DNA from: Bacillota bacterium
GTDB lineage: Bacteria > Bacillota > Clostridia > Peptostreptococcales > Anaerovoracaceae
NCBI GenBank assembly: GCA_019420305.1
Contig: JAHZHL010000005.1
Span: forward strand, 13,480-77,479
Direction: 5' to 3'
DNA length: 64,000 nucleotides
Shown here: positions 37,301-46,523 of the stretch, in pieces
How positions within the stretch are numbered: position 1 is the stretch's first letter
Layout of the letters: the number at the start of each line of letters is the position of its first letter
The notes under the pieces: generated by a model
Database searches by the model: none
Seen by the model: the letters and a program-made list of their open reading frames with translations, nothing else
What the model was told of the DNA's origin: nothing
Program-made: the position numbers and the translations under genes

Positions 37301-38917
37301 ATGAAAAAGCGGATATACGCAGTGGGAGTTCTGTTGGGAACAGCGTTGATTGCCCTGGCAGGACGCACCTTTTACATTCAGGTTATCGGACATGAAGAAC
37401 TGGCGCAGGCCGCCGCCGCCCAGCAGCGGATTGCGCTGGAAGGTGCAAACAGCCGGGGAATGATCTACGATCGGAACCATACGCCCCTGGTGGGAAATAA
37501 TCAAGAGTATATTTACATTATTCGGCAGGAACAGTTTGACGGCGAAACGATGAACGCTCTGAATAAGCTGAATGCCAGAGAAATACAGAACCGCGGCAGC
37601 GGTTACCGGGTGTTTGCCTCCAGAGAATATGATAAGGAGGCGGGGCAAAGATTGATTCGGAACTCTTCTGCGTATATTCTGGAAGCAGGAAGGCGATACC
37701 GCAAGGAGCAGATGGCGGCGCACCTGCTGGGCTATGTGAATCCGCAGGATCAAAGCGGCGCGTCGGGGCTGGAACGGATGTATGATGAGGAGCTGTCTCT
37801 TCTGGATAAAAAAATTTTTACAATCGCGGATGTCAGGGGCAATTTTCTCCAGGGAAGCGGTCTGGTGGTTTCCTCAGCATTGGATAGGGATTCTTACGTG
37901 AAAGAGGGAATCATAACGACGCTGGACGCGGGGATTCAGGGAAAGGTCGAAGAGCTGCTGAAAGAGTCTCCCAAAGACGGGGCGGTTGTAGTTCTGAAAA
38001 GCGGTACCGGCGAAATCGTGGCTTCTGCCAGCACACCGGGATTTGATCCGTCCAATATCAATGAATATATGGAAAATGGAAGCGATGAACTGGTTAATAA
38101 GGTGACGCAAGGAGAATACCCGCCGGGATCGATTTTTAAAATCGTGGTGGCGGCAGCGGCGCTGGAAAAAGGAATCGAACCTGAAACTTCCTGGAACTGC
38201 AAGGGATATGAAGTGGTGCATGGAAATCGGGTAAACTGCAAAACCGGCGGCGAAGAAGGACACGGAACGATTACTTTTCAGGAAGCCTTTGCCCAGTCCT
38301 GCAACTCAGCGTTTATTCAGATTGCGGAAAAAACAGGAGCAGAGGCGATTCTGAACATGGCGGAGCGGATGGGGCTCGGAGAGGAGGCGCTTTCCGGCTA
38401 TCCGGGTGAAAAAAATGGAAATCTGATGACTGTGCGGCAGTCCGCAGGAGCGGCGATCGCGAATCTTGCCATCGGACAGGGGGAGACACTGGTGACGCCC
38501 CTGCAGGCGGCCAGAATGACCAATATCATCGCCTCCGGCGGCGCTGATCCGGGGGTACATCTTGTTCTGGAAGAAGGAGACGCGGCAGATGAGGCGCCGA
38601 CTGCGGTGCTGGATAAGGAGACGGCGGAAAAACTCAGGAACATGATGGCGCAGACGATGATCAGCGGTTCCGGAAAAACGTTGAAAGCAGAGACTTCCAT
38701 GGCAGCTAAAACCGGATCCGCAGAGAGCTCCATGGGAGGCGAGGATGTAGTCCACGGCTGGATTACAGGGTTTGCGCCGGCAGAGAAACCCGAGTATACA
38801 ATTACGGTATTCATAGAAGATGGGGAGTCGGGAAGCGGTTCCGCCGGGCCCGTGTTTTCTGAGATTGTAGAGTATCTGAGTGATTCGGAAAGCTTTGAAC
38901 AGGCTTTTTCCTTCTGA
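37301..38917 (+). CDS. class B penicillin-binding protein (SpoVD/FtsI-like transpeptidase, no PASTA domain)
   Basis: SxxK (GSIFK), SxN (SCN) and KTG (AKTGSA) motifs with an N-terminal TM. I used ATG 37301 because the listed GTG 37289 lies inside the terminator. Confidence 0.8.
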   Translation: MKKRIYAVGVLLGTALIALAGRTFYIQVIGHEELAQAAAAQQRIALEGANSRGMIYDRNHTPLVGNNQEYIYIIRQEQFDGETMNALNKLNAREIQNRGSGYRVFASREYDKEAGQRLIRNSSAYILEAGRRYRKEQMAAHLLGYVNPQDQSGASGLERMYDEELSLLDKKIFTIADVRGNFLQGSGLVVSSALDRDSYVKEGIITTLDAGIQGKVEELLKESPKDGAVVVLKSGTGEIVASASTPGFDPSNINEYMENGSDELVNKVTQGEYPPGSIFKIVVAAAALEKGIEPETSWNCKGYEVVHGNRVNCKTGGEEGHGTITFQEAFAQSCNSAFIQIAEKTGAEAILNMAERMGLGEEALSGYPGEKNGNLMTVRQSAGAAIANLAIGQGETLVTPLQAARMTNIIASGGADPGVHLVLEEGDAADEAPTAVLDKETAEKLRNMMAQTMISGSGKTLKAETSMAAKTGSAESSMGGEDVVHGWITGFAPAEKPEYTITVFIEDGESGSGSAGPVFSEIVEYLSDSESFEQAFSF

Positions 38918-38942
38918 CCGCCAGTTCCCCGGGAAAGGAAAA

Positions 38943-38973
38943 GAACCGGCAGCTCACGGGCTGTCGGTTCTTT
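38943..38973. terminator. hairpin between convergent genes (possible bidirectional terminator)
   Basis: gaaccggcagc-tcacg-ggctgtcggttc, flanked by an A-run and a T-run. The right arm overlaps the last sigK-like codons. Confidence 0.45.
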
Positions 38974-39598
38974 CCAGCTTCAGCGCTTCCCGCAGTTTTA
39001 AGAGCGCTCTTTTTTCAATACGGGAAACGTAAGAGCGGCTGATTCCCAGAGAAGCGGCTACTTCTCTCTGAGTTTTCGGACAGCGGCCGAAAATTCCGTA
39101 CCGATTCAAAATAACTTTTTTTTCTCTTTCATCCAGAACCTGATTCAACGCTTTCATCAGTTTTGAAATCTGGATTTTCAGGCTGATATCGTCTAAAATC
39201 GCGTCCGGATCGGTTCCCAGAATATCGTTGAAGCTGATTTCGTTGCCGTCTTTATCAACTCCGATCGGTACCGAAAGAGAAACTTCCGCTTTGTTTTTCT
39301 TTGAGGCCCTGATACTCATCAGAATCTCATTTTCAATACATTTCGCGGCGTACGTGGCAAGGCGGGTTGCCTTTTTGCTGCTGTATGTGTTGACCGCTTT
39401 TATGAGGCCGATGGTTCCGATGGAAATTAAATCATCCGTCTGGTAACCGGAGCCCGTATATTTTTTCGCAATGTGGGCGACAAGCCGCAGATTGCGTTCG
39501 ATCAGAATATCCTTTGCATCCTCATCTCCGGATTCATAAAGAGATATGTAGTATTCCTCCTCTTTTGCGGTTAATGGTTTCGGAAAGGAAACGCTCAT
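38954..39598 (-). CDS. sigK: sporulation sigma factor of the SigE/SigK group, SigK-like, without a pro-sequence
   Basis: ERNLRLVAHIAKKY, DLISIGTIGLIKAVNTY, CIENEILM, and VPIGVDKDGNEISFNDILG resembles the SigK DPIG.DKEGNEIS segment. Uninterrupted (no skin-type insertion). Confidence 0.65.
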   Translation of the reverse strand: MSVSFPKPLTAKEEEYYISLYESGDEDAKDILIERNLRLVAHIAKKYTGSGYQTDDLISIGTIGLIKAVNTYSSKKATRLATYAAKCIENEILMSIRASKKNKAEVSLSVPIGVDKDGNEISFNDILGTDPDAILDDISLKIQISKLMKALNQVLDEREKKVILNRYGIFGRCPKTQREVAASLGISRSYVSRIEKRALLKLREALKLERTDSP

Positions 39599-39678
39599 TA
39601 TGTAACCCCCCTCTATAGTTTCTTACTATATGCGAAACCAAGAGGGGAAGTGCCTGACCCAGGCAAAAGTGCATGGTC

Positions 39679-39840
39679 CTATTTACACTGGAATGACAGG
39701 CAGTCTGTGCACTGATCCTGTTTGGGGGCAGCTTCATGGGTGCCTACCGTGATACAGTCCAGAGAGCAGTAGTTCTGCGCTCCCGCGTGATGGGAGCATT
39801 GCGCCACCGTGCATTTGATGCTTTCATTAATACGGTTCAT
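39679..39840 (-). CDS. small Cys-rich protein (53 aa), DUF1540-like
   Basis: Not in the ORF track because it is under 60 aa. My translation is MNRINESIKCTVAQCSHHAGAQNYCSLDCITVGTHEAAPKQDQCTDCLSFQCK. A ggaggtag RBS lies 8 nt upstream. It shows the C.V..C..H......C.L..I.VG pattern of DUF1540. Confidence 0.6.
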   Translation of the reverse strand: MNRINESIKCTVAQCSHHAGAQNYCSLDCITVGTHEAAPKQDQCTDCLSFQCK

Positions 39841-39974
39841 TATTTTTTCTACCTCCTTTTTGCTTTCAATGATAGTATGGCTGATAACGGAGAAAATATG
39901 AGCGGAAATATTTTTAGAGCCTGCTTGTATGACAAATAATGAAATGGTAAAATATGTAAAAAGGGGGGATATTT

Positions 39975-40652
39975 ATGAAAATCCATGGTCTTCCAAAAGA
40001 AGAACGGCCGCGGGAAAAGATGATCTTTGCGGGAAAGGAAACGCTTTCCAATTCAGAGCTGCTGGCTATTTTATTGCGTTCAGGAACCAAAAACAGATCT
40101 GCACTGGAAATTGCCGCGGAAGTTCTGTCACAGAATGAAAACGGTATTCTGCATCTGGAAAACTGCAGTCTGGAGGAACTCAGCGAAATAAAAGGAGTGG
40201 GAATGGCGAAAGCCTGCCAGATTCTGGCCGCGGTTGAACTGGGAAAGCGAATCGCGTCACATCCGCGAAGGCTCCGGAAAGAAATCGGAAATCCTGATGA
40301 TATTGTGCAACTTTTTATGGAAAAGATGAGATACTATAAGAAAGAACATTTTAAGGCACTGCTCATTAACGCGAAAGGGGCGATTATCGAAGAGTATGAA
40401 GTTTCCATCGGGGATTTGTGCTCCACGCCCATCCATCCAAGAGAAGTGTTCTGTCAGGCAGTCAAGCGAAGCGCGGCCGCGGTACTCTTTGTACATAACC
40501 ATCCCAGCGGGGATCCGACTCCCAGCCGGCAGGACGTGGAAACGACCGGGAGGCTGATAAAGGCGGCGGAAATTCTGGGAATCTGCGTACTGGATCATAT
40601 TATTATCGGAGACGGTACTTACATAAGTCTGAAAAGCAAAGGACTGATGTAA
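39975..40652 (+). CDS. radC: RadC-family (JAB/MPN domain, UPF0758) protein
   Basis: HhH segment GVGMAKACQILAAVELGKR and JAMM motif HNHPSGDPTPSRQD. Confidence 0.85.
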   Translation: MKIHGLPKEERPREKMIFAGKETLSNSELLAILLRSGTKNRSALEIAAEVLSQNENGILHLENCSLEELSEIKGVGMAKACQILAAVELGKRIASHPRRLRKEIGNPDDIVQLFMEKMRYYKKEHFKALLINAKGAIIEEYEVSIGDLCSTPIHPREVFCQAVKRSAAAVLFVHNHPSGDPTPSRQDVETTGRLIKAAEILGICVLDHIIIGDGTYISLKSKGLM

Positions 40653-40681
40653 ATAGGAAAAAGGACCGGCGGGAAAGCAGT

Positions 40682-41494
40682 ATGAAATTAAAAAGTTACA
40701 AAAATAATATCGTAAGGATTGGAATTGGAGTTCTTGCCACGGTACTGATTGGGTTTCTTTTTAAAGCCGCGGCGGGACCATCGGAGATAAAAGGCTGGAT
40801 GCAGGAAGCGGTTTCCTTTGTATCAGAGCCGGTTTTTGACGCGGCGGGCGGAATTGAGGACGGCTTTCGGGGAATTTTCCGGTTTCGAGAAGTACTTGCG
40901 GAAAACGAAGCCCTGAAAGAGGAAAATGAAACCCTGAAGCGGAAAAACACGGATCTGCGGCTTACAAAGACAGAAAAAGAAGAACTGGAGGAACTGTGCC
41001 GGATTTTTGATTATACCGCTATAGAAGAGAAGGCGGTTGTCGCGGCGAATATTACAGCGATGGATGAGTCGGGCTGGCAGGGGGGATTTCTGCTGGATAA
41101 GGGCAGCAAAAGCGGAGTCAGGGAGGGGTGCGCGGTTGTATCCGGTGACGGAGTGGTGGGAAAGGTCGTGGATGTCTCTGAGAATACCGCAAAGGTAGCT
41201 TCTATCCTGGCGGATTATGCGAAAGTGAGTTTCCAGGCTGAAAAAAAAGCGGAGCTGATTGGCGTCCTGACAAGCGATGGAAACGGGGGCTTTTCCGGAT
41301 ATCTGTTCGCGGAAAAAGGAGAACTGAAAAAAGGAATGCGGCTGGTGACTTCGGGAATCGGAACGTATCCGGAAGGTCTCGCACTGGGAACGGTGACGCG
41401 GGTTGAATCCGAGAAGGGCACACAGAGGGTGCTGCTGAGGGCAAAGCCGCAGGCCGCGTTTTCCAGATTAAAAAAAGTGGGGGTTGTACTTTGA
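40682..41494 (+). CDS. mreC: rod shape-determining protein MreC
   Basis: N-terminal TM, coiled coil ENEALKEENETLKRKN and beta-barrel segment GDGVVGKVVDVSENTAKV. Synteny with mreD and PBP2. Confidence 0.85.
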   Translation: MKLKSYKNNIVRIGIGVLATVLIGFLFKAAAGPSEIKGWMQEAVSFVSEPVFDAAGGIEDGFRGIFRFREVLAENEALKEENETLKRKNTDLRLTKTEKEELEELCRIFDYTAIEEKAVVAANITAMDESGWQGGFLLDKGSKSGVREGCAVVSGDGVVGKVVDVSENTAKVASILADYAKVSFQAEKKAELIGVLTSDGNGGFSGYLFAEKGELKKGMRLVTSGIGTYPEGLALGTVTRVESEKGTQRVLLRAKPQAAFSRLKKVGVVL

Positions 41495-41979
41495 AAACAA
41501 GTGGCATGATCGTTTTTTTCCTTTGCGCTTTGATTCTTCAGAATACGGCGGTCGTATTGTTCTGCGCAGGAGGAGCCGGTCCGCAGCTGCTGCTGGCGGC
41601 AGCGGTTCTGTCCGTATTTTTCGCGGAAGAGGAGAAATGGGCGGTGGCGGCGGCCGTGTGCGCGGGAGCGCTGCAGGATCTATGCTTTTCCATCTATGCC
41701 GGACCGGGCGCCGCGGCATCCTTCGCGGCGGCAGTCACGGCTTCCGCGGCAAAGCGACTGTTTGCCTGGGAACGTCCGCGTTTTTTCTTCCTCTTTTCCG
41801 CATTGTCAGCAGTTGTGTATAATTTTACACTCTGGGGCGGGGAAAAACTGTTGGGCGCACCCTTCCGCTTCGCTTTCCTGATCCGGGTGCTTCCACTGTA
41901 TATGGTATATAGTCTGGCTGTCATGGGGAGCGTTTACTTCCTTTTTATAAAAAACAAAGAAAGCGGGTATCCGACATGA
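41491..41979 (+). CDS. mreD: rod shape-determining protein MreD
   Basis: 162-aa polytopic hydrophobic protein directly after mreC, with overlapping stop/start. Called by position and hydrophobicity. Confidence 0.65.
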   Translation: MKTSGMIVFFLCALILQNTAVVLFCAGGAGPQLLLAAAVLSVFFAEEEKWAVAAAVCAGALQDLCFSIYAGPGAAASFAAAVTASAAKRLFAWERPRFFFLFSALSAVVYNFTLWGGEKLLGAPFRFAFLIRVLPLYMVYSLAVMGSVYFLFIKNKESGYPT

Positions 41980-44510
41980 AACGATGGTTAAATTCCAGAT
42001 ATCTTCAGCTTTTGGCGCTGATTGGGACTCTGATGCTTATTTTATTTGTCCGTCTTTTTATTCTGACCGTCGCGGAGAACGAAGAATGGTCAGAGGCGGC
42101 GGAAAATCTCAGTACAAAGACGATTTATGAAACTGCGCCGAGGGGGCAGATTCTGGATCGGAACGGGGAGGTGCTGGCGGGAAATGATTATACCCTGTCT
42201 GTACGGATGAGCCGGGGAACCATGTCGGATGAACAGCTGAACGAGTCTGTTTTGAAACTGACCCGTCTGCTGAACGAAAACGGGGATACCGTCTCGGGAG
42301 ATTTCCCCATACAGGTTGGAGCGGACGGCAGACTGCGCTATGCGGATGGCGCGGAAAAAGAAGAATTTCTGAAAAGATTCGGGTTTTCCGAGGAGTTAAA
42401 TGCGGAAGAAGCCTTTTCAAAACTGAGAAAGTATTTTAAAATAAAAGACACTGTATCCTCGCGAGAGGCAAGAGATCTTTTATCGGTACGAAATGAAATG
42501 GCGGAACTGGGATATCAGAAATATATACCGGTAACGGTAGCAAGGGATGTTTCCGATCGCACCGTGGCCATTCTGGAAGAAAGCGGCAGCGAATATCCCG
42601 GGGCGGAGGTGTTCTCCGAAGTATCCCGCGTTTATCCGAACGGGAATACCGCTTCCCATATTCTGGGTTACCTTGGAAAAATTTCGGGCAATGAAAAAGA
42701 ACCGTATGTGGATGATAAGGGATATCAAAGCTGGGATCTGATTGGAAAAGACGGGATTGAACGGGCTTATGAGGATGTGTTGAGGGGAACCGCGGGTGAA
42801 CAGAAGATTCAGGTTAACGCAGAGGGAAACTTTGTAAAAAATATAGGAAAAACAGAAGCGGAGAAGGGAAAGGACGTGACCCTTACCATTGATCTGCAGC
42901 TTCAGAAAGCTGCGGAAAACGCTCTAAGCGGAGCTCTTTCCGCCATGCGCGGCGGAGGAAGCTTTACGGGACAGCACGGAACCTATGCTATGAAGCAGGC
43001 GAAACATGCCCGGGTCGGAGCCGTTGTGGCTCTGGATGTAAAGTCCGGAGAGGTTCTGGCTATGGCAAGCTGTCCGGACTTTGATCCGAATCTGTTCGCG
43101 AATGGGATCTCAAACAGAGATTGGGAAGCTCTGCAAAGTGAAAATCCGAGAGATCCGCTGGCTCCCGCGCCGCTTTATAATGTTGCGACTATGAGCGCGG
43201 TGCAGCCCGGTTCCACTTTTAAAATGGTAACGGCAACCGCGGCAATGCAGTGTGGACTGGATCCGAAGCGCAGGCTTTATGATGACGGCTATGTTCAGAT
43301 CGGGAACAAATCATTCGGATGTGTGGTGTGGAACCAGTCACGCAGAAAACATGGATACCTTAATCTGCAGGAAGCACTGGAGGTTTCCTGTAATTATTAT
43401 TTTTTCGATGCGGCCGCGGGATATGATTTTTATACAGGAAAGAGTCTCGGATATAAAAAGGATATCAGCATTGATACCATTATGGACTATGCGGAGCAGT
43501 ATGGTCTCGGGCAGGCTACAGGTATTGAAATACCGGAGACTGTGACAGAGGCTCCGTCCAGAGAGGCAAAAGTCCGGAGTTTGAAGAATTCACTGGAGAA
43601 CGTGCTTCTTGCGCAGGCGGAAACGTATTTCACGCGGAGTGTGACACAGGACAGAGACCTTCTGGATGAAAAGGTTCATACCATTACCGGATGGATCGGT
43701 TCTGAATTTACAAGGGCGGAAGTGGAAGAAAAGCTGGAAAGCCTTTCCGGAGTACGCGGCGATCAGCTTTCCGCGCTAACCGATTTGTGTAAATACACCT
43801 ATCTGGATCAGGCTACATGGAATACGGCTGACGCGCTGAATATTGCCATCGGGCAGGGAATGAATTCCTATACACCCCTCCAGATGGCAGTCTATACGGC
43901 AACGATTGGAAATAAAGGCGTAAGAAATCCGGTGAGCCTGGTTGCAAAGATTGAAGGACGTGGTAAAATAGAAAAGGACATCGTATCAAAGGTAGAGGTG
44001 GAAGACGATGACTGCTTTGAAGAAATTATCGGAGGAATGGTGAAAGCTGCCGGCGGAAAAAGCGGCAGTCTGTCCGGGACGTTCGGAGAATTCCCTGTTA
44101 CGGTAGCGGCGAAGAGCGGCACTGCGGAACGTTCCGGAAAAATCAATCCTTCGGATGAAGAGGAATATATCAGAGAACATCTGGGCGCGATCGCGCCGTA
44201 TTTAAGCTGGGACGCGATTCAGGAAGAAAAAGAACGCCTGATGAGGGAATATCCGGACATTTATACGTCGCGCCATACGGCAGTAAGACGCGCGGTAATG
44301 AATCTGAGCAAAGGAAACGTGACAGAAGAAACCATCGATCAGTATAAAGAAAGCTATGATAATTTTGCGTGGGTAGTGAGCATGGCTCCGGCGGAAAACC
44401 CGGAGATCGCGGTTGCGGTTATGGTTGCGCAGGGCGGCGCGGCGGCAAATGCCGCTCCCATAGCAAAAGAGGTTATGGGAACGTATTTTCAACAGCAAGA
44501 AAACGAGTGA
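41976..44510 (+). CDS. mrdA: penicillin-binding protein 2 (elongation-type class B PBP)
   Basis: 844 aa with STFK, SCN and KSGTA motifs. Follows mreCD. Confidence 0.8.
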   Translation: MKRWLNSRYLQLLALIGTLMLILFVRLFILTVAENEEWSEAAENLSTKTIYETAPRGQILDRNGEVLAGNDYTLSVRMSRGTMSDEQLNESVLKLTRLLNENGDTVSGDFPIQVGADGRLRYADGAEKEEFLKRFGFSEELNAEEAFSKLRKYFKIKDTVSSREARDLLSVRNEMAELGYQKYIPVTVARDVSDRTVAILEESGSEYPGAEVFSEVSRVYPNGNTASHILGYLGKISGNEKEPYVDDKGYQSWDLIGKDGIERAYEDVLRGTAGEQKIQVNAEGNFVKNIGKTEAEKGKDVTLTIDLQLQKAAENALSGALSAMRGGGSFTGQHGTYAMKQAKHARVGAVVALDVKSGEVLAMASCPDFDPNLFANGISNRDWEALQSENPRDPLAPAPLYNVATMSAVQPGSTFKMVTATAAMQCGLDPKRRLYDDGYVQIGNKSFGCVVWNQSRRKHGYLNLQEALEVSCNYYFFDAAAGYDFYTGKSLGYKKDISIDTIMDYAEQYGLGQATGIEIPETVTEAPSREAKVRSLKNSLENVLLAQAETYFTRSVTQDRDLLDEKVHTITGWIGSEFTRAEVEEKLESLSGVRGDQLSALTDLCKYTYLDQATWNTADALNIAIGQGMNSYTPLQMAVYTATIGNKGVRNPVSLVAKIEGRGKIEKDIVSKVEVEDDDCFEEIIGGMVKAAGGKSGSLSGTFGEFPVTVAAKSGTAERSGKINPSDEEEYIREHLGAIAPYLSWDAIQEEKERLMREYPDIYTSRHTAVRRAVMNLSKGNVTEETIDQYKESYDNFAWVVSMAPAENPEIAVAVMVAQGGAAANAAPIAKEVMGTYFQQQENE

Positions 44511-44521
44511 GAGAGGAAATT

Positions 44522-45208
44522 ATGGGCGAAGTAATTTTAGTGGCATCAGGAAAAGGAGGAACCGGGAAGACTGCGGTGACAGCCAATCTGGGGGCGCTTT
44601 TGGCAAAGAAAGGCGCGAAAGTGGCGCTGATTGACATGGATATGGGCATGCGGAATCTGGATCTTTATCTGGGGCTTGAGAACCGGGTTGTTTATAACAT
44701 CATGGATGTGTTTTCCGGAATCTGCAGGATTAAACGCGCCCTGATACGGGATCGGCGTTTTGAGAATCTTTATCTGATGTCTGCCTGTCCGAGGAAGGAT
44801 AACCGGGATATCACGCCTCTCCATATGGAAATTTTATGCAGGAAACTGAAAAAAGATTTTGATTATGTGTTTATCGACTGTCCCGCGGGCATTGGAAGCG
44901 GCCTGGATATTTCTATGGCAGGAGCTGACCGGGCACTCCTTGTGACTGAAGCGGACATGGCGGCAGTGCGGGACGCGGACGTGCTGAACCGCTATCTGAA
45001 AAAAGAGGGGTTGCGCGATACCTGCTATCTTGTCAATAAAATTCGAGCGGATCTCATGGCGCGGCACCTGGTTCCGGATCTGAGAGAAATCGCGGAAATT
45101 CTGAACAGCCGGCTTGTAGGCGTAATCCAGTTTGATGACAATATCTATATTTCGACGAACCGGGGAATCCCCATTGTGGCGAAAGAAGGAACGTACATAG
45201 AAGAATGA
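44522..45208 (+). CDS. minD: MinD-like ParA-family ATPase, apparently lacking the C-terminal membrane-targeting helix
   Basis: Deviant Walker A SGKGGTGKT, with GLRNLD-like MGMRNLDLYLGLENRVVYN and DYVFIDCPAG. At 228 aa it ends about 40 residues earlier than B. subtilis MinD as I recall it. I used ATG 44522. Confidence 0.65.
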   Translation: MGEVILVASGKGGTGKTAVTANLGALLAKKGAKVALIDMDMGMRNLDLYLGLENRVVYNIMDVFSGICRIKRALIRDRRFENLYLMSACPRKDNRDITPLHMEILCRKLKKDFDYVFIDCPAGIGSGLDISMAGADRALLVTEADMAAVRDADVLNRYLKKEGLRDTCYLVNKIRADLMARHLVPDLREIAEILNSRLVGVIQFDDNIYISTNRGIPIVAKEGTYIEE

Positions 45209-45253
45209 GGGAGCCGGGTCGCTGAGCAAACGGGACGGGTACCGCATTCCCGA

Positions 45254-46360
45254 TTAAAGGCCCGTGCTGCGCCCGCGGATTCCGATGCTGAGGATCAGTC
45301 CCAGTGCGGTCATATTGGCGAGTACGGAAGAACCGCCGTAGCTGATGAACGGCAGCGTTACTCCGGTTACCGGCATGATCCCCATGGTCATGGCGATATT
45401 TTCAAAGACCTGGAAGAGGAACATCCCGAGAAAGCCTATGGCAAGCAGAGCGCCATAGCGATCCGCGGAGCTGTATACAGCTCTGGCTGTGCGCCAGAGA
45501 AGCAAAAGAAAAAGAGTGAGAACCAGTGCGCCGCCAAGAAAGCCGAGTTCTTCGACAATGACCGAAAAGATAAAATCCGACTTCTGGACTGGAAGAAAAT
45601 CCAGTTCTTTTTGTGTTCCGGAAAAAAGCCCTTTTCCGGAAAGTCCTCCGGAGCCGATTGCGACTTTTGAATTCCAGACCTGGTAATTTCCGGGCAGGGT
45701 CAGATTGTCCGGATGGAGGAAGGCGTCAATTCTCTGTTTCTGGTAGGTGGCCATGAATCGGTAAGCGATGGGAAGGGACAACAGAAAAAGGAGCGCGAAA
45801 CGAAAAAACAGTTTTCGGTCAATCCCCGCGAAAAAAATCATAAACACCCAGATAAAGCAGTAAACCGCGGCGCTTCCGAGATCTTCTTTGACTACAATCA
45901 GAATAAAGGGCGACGCGTAAAGGGCAGACATCAGAACGCCGCGCAGATTGTGCACTTCCGCCTGCCTGCGGGAAAAATAATTGGCCATGAGAATTGTAAA
46001 CGGAATTTTAACAAATTCAGAAGGCTGAAGCGTTGTGAACCCAATATCGATCCAGGAACGGGCTCCATTTGAGATCATTCCCAGTCCCGGGATATAGACG
46101 CTGAGCAGAAAAAGAACCGAGCCGATATAGAGAATCCGGCTCAGATCTTCAAATTTCCGGTAATCTAAAATGACCATGGCTGCCATAGCGAAAAAACCCA
46201 GTCCGTAGGCAGCGCTCTGAACTATGACATCACGCAGCGCGAGCTGCCCGTTTTTTAATGAAATACTGGCGATCATCAGAATGCTTAGCGTAGCAAAGCA
46301 TACGGCGATTACCAGAAAAAACTTATCTGCATTTTTCCAGAATTTCCAATAACTTCCCAT
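45254..46360 (-). CDS. rodA: FtsW/RodA/SpoVE-family peptidoglycan polymerase (RodA-like)
   Basis: 368 aa, 10-TM SEDS protein with PSEF.K, LPVQKSDFIFSVI.EELG and PFISYGGSS motifs. Confidence 0.8.
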   Translation of the reverse strand: MGSYWKFWKNADKFFLVIAVCFATLSILMIASISLKNGQLALRDVIVQSAAYGLGFFAMAAMVILDYRKFEDLSRILYIGSVLFLLSVYIPGLGMISNGARSWIDIGFTTLQPSEFVKIPFTILMANYFSRRQAEVHNLRGVLMSALYASPFILIVVKEDLGSAAVYCFIWVFMIFFAGIDRKLFFRFALLFLLSLPIAYRFMATYQKQRIDAFLHPDNLTLPGNYQVWNSKVAIGSGGLSGKGLFSGTQKELDFLPVQKSDFIFSVIVEELGFLGGALVLTLFLLLLWRTARAVYSSADRYGALLAIGFLGMFLFQVFENIAMTMGIMPVTGVTLPFISYGGSSVLANMTALGLILSIGIRGRSTGL

Positions 46361-46378
46361 TCATTCCCTTTCCGAACC

Positions 46379-46407
46379 TTGACGAGGCCGCATGAAAACA
46401 TTATAAT
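46379..46407 (+). promoter_or_regulatory. candidate promoter, TTGACG-17 nt-TATAAT
   Basis: Hexamers at 46379-46384 and 46402-46407, upstream of rny. Confidence 0.55.
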
Positions 46408-46523
46408 GTTAATGTGTGATTTTATTTAAAAATTATTACGTGATGCAGGATTTTTATTATATTTTACAAGCAATGTGGGATTAACAGATACGAAAAAAAT
46501 TTTGTGGAAAAGGAGGTGTTTCA

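Noticed and set aside
44369-44521. Upstream extension of the minD ORF (track start 44369).
   Set aside because: The extension overlaps the PBP2 coding region out of frame and encodes Gly/Arg-rich sequence unlike MinD. ATG 44522 gives the canonical MGEVILVASGKGGTGKT N-terminus.
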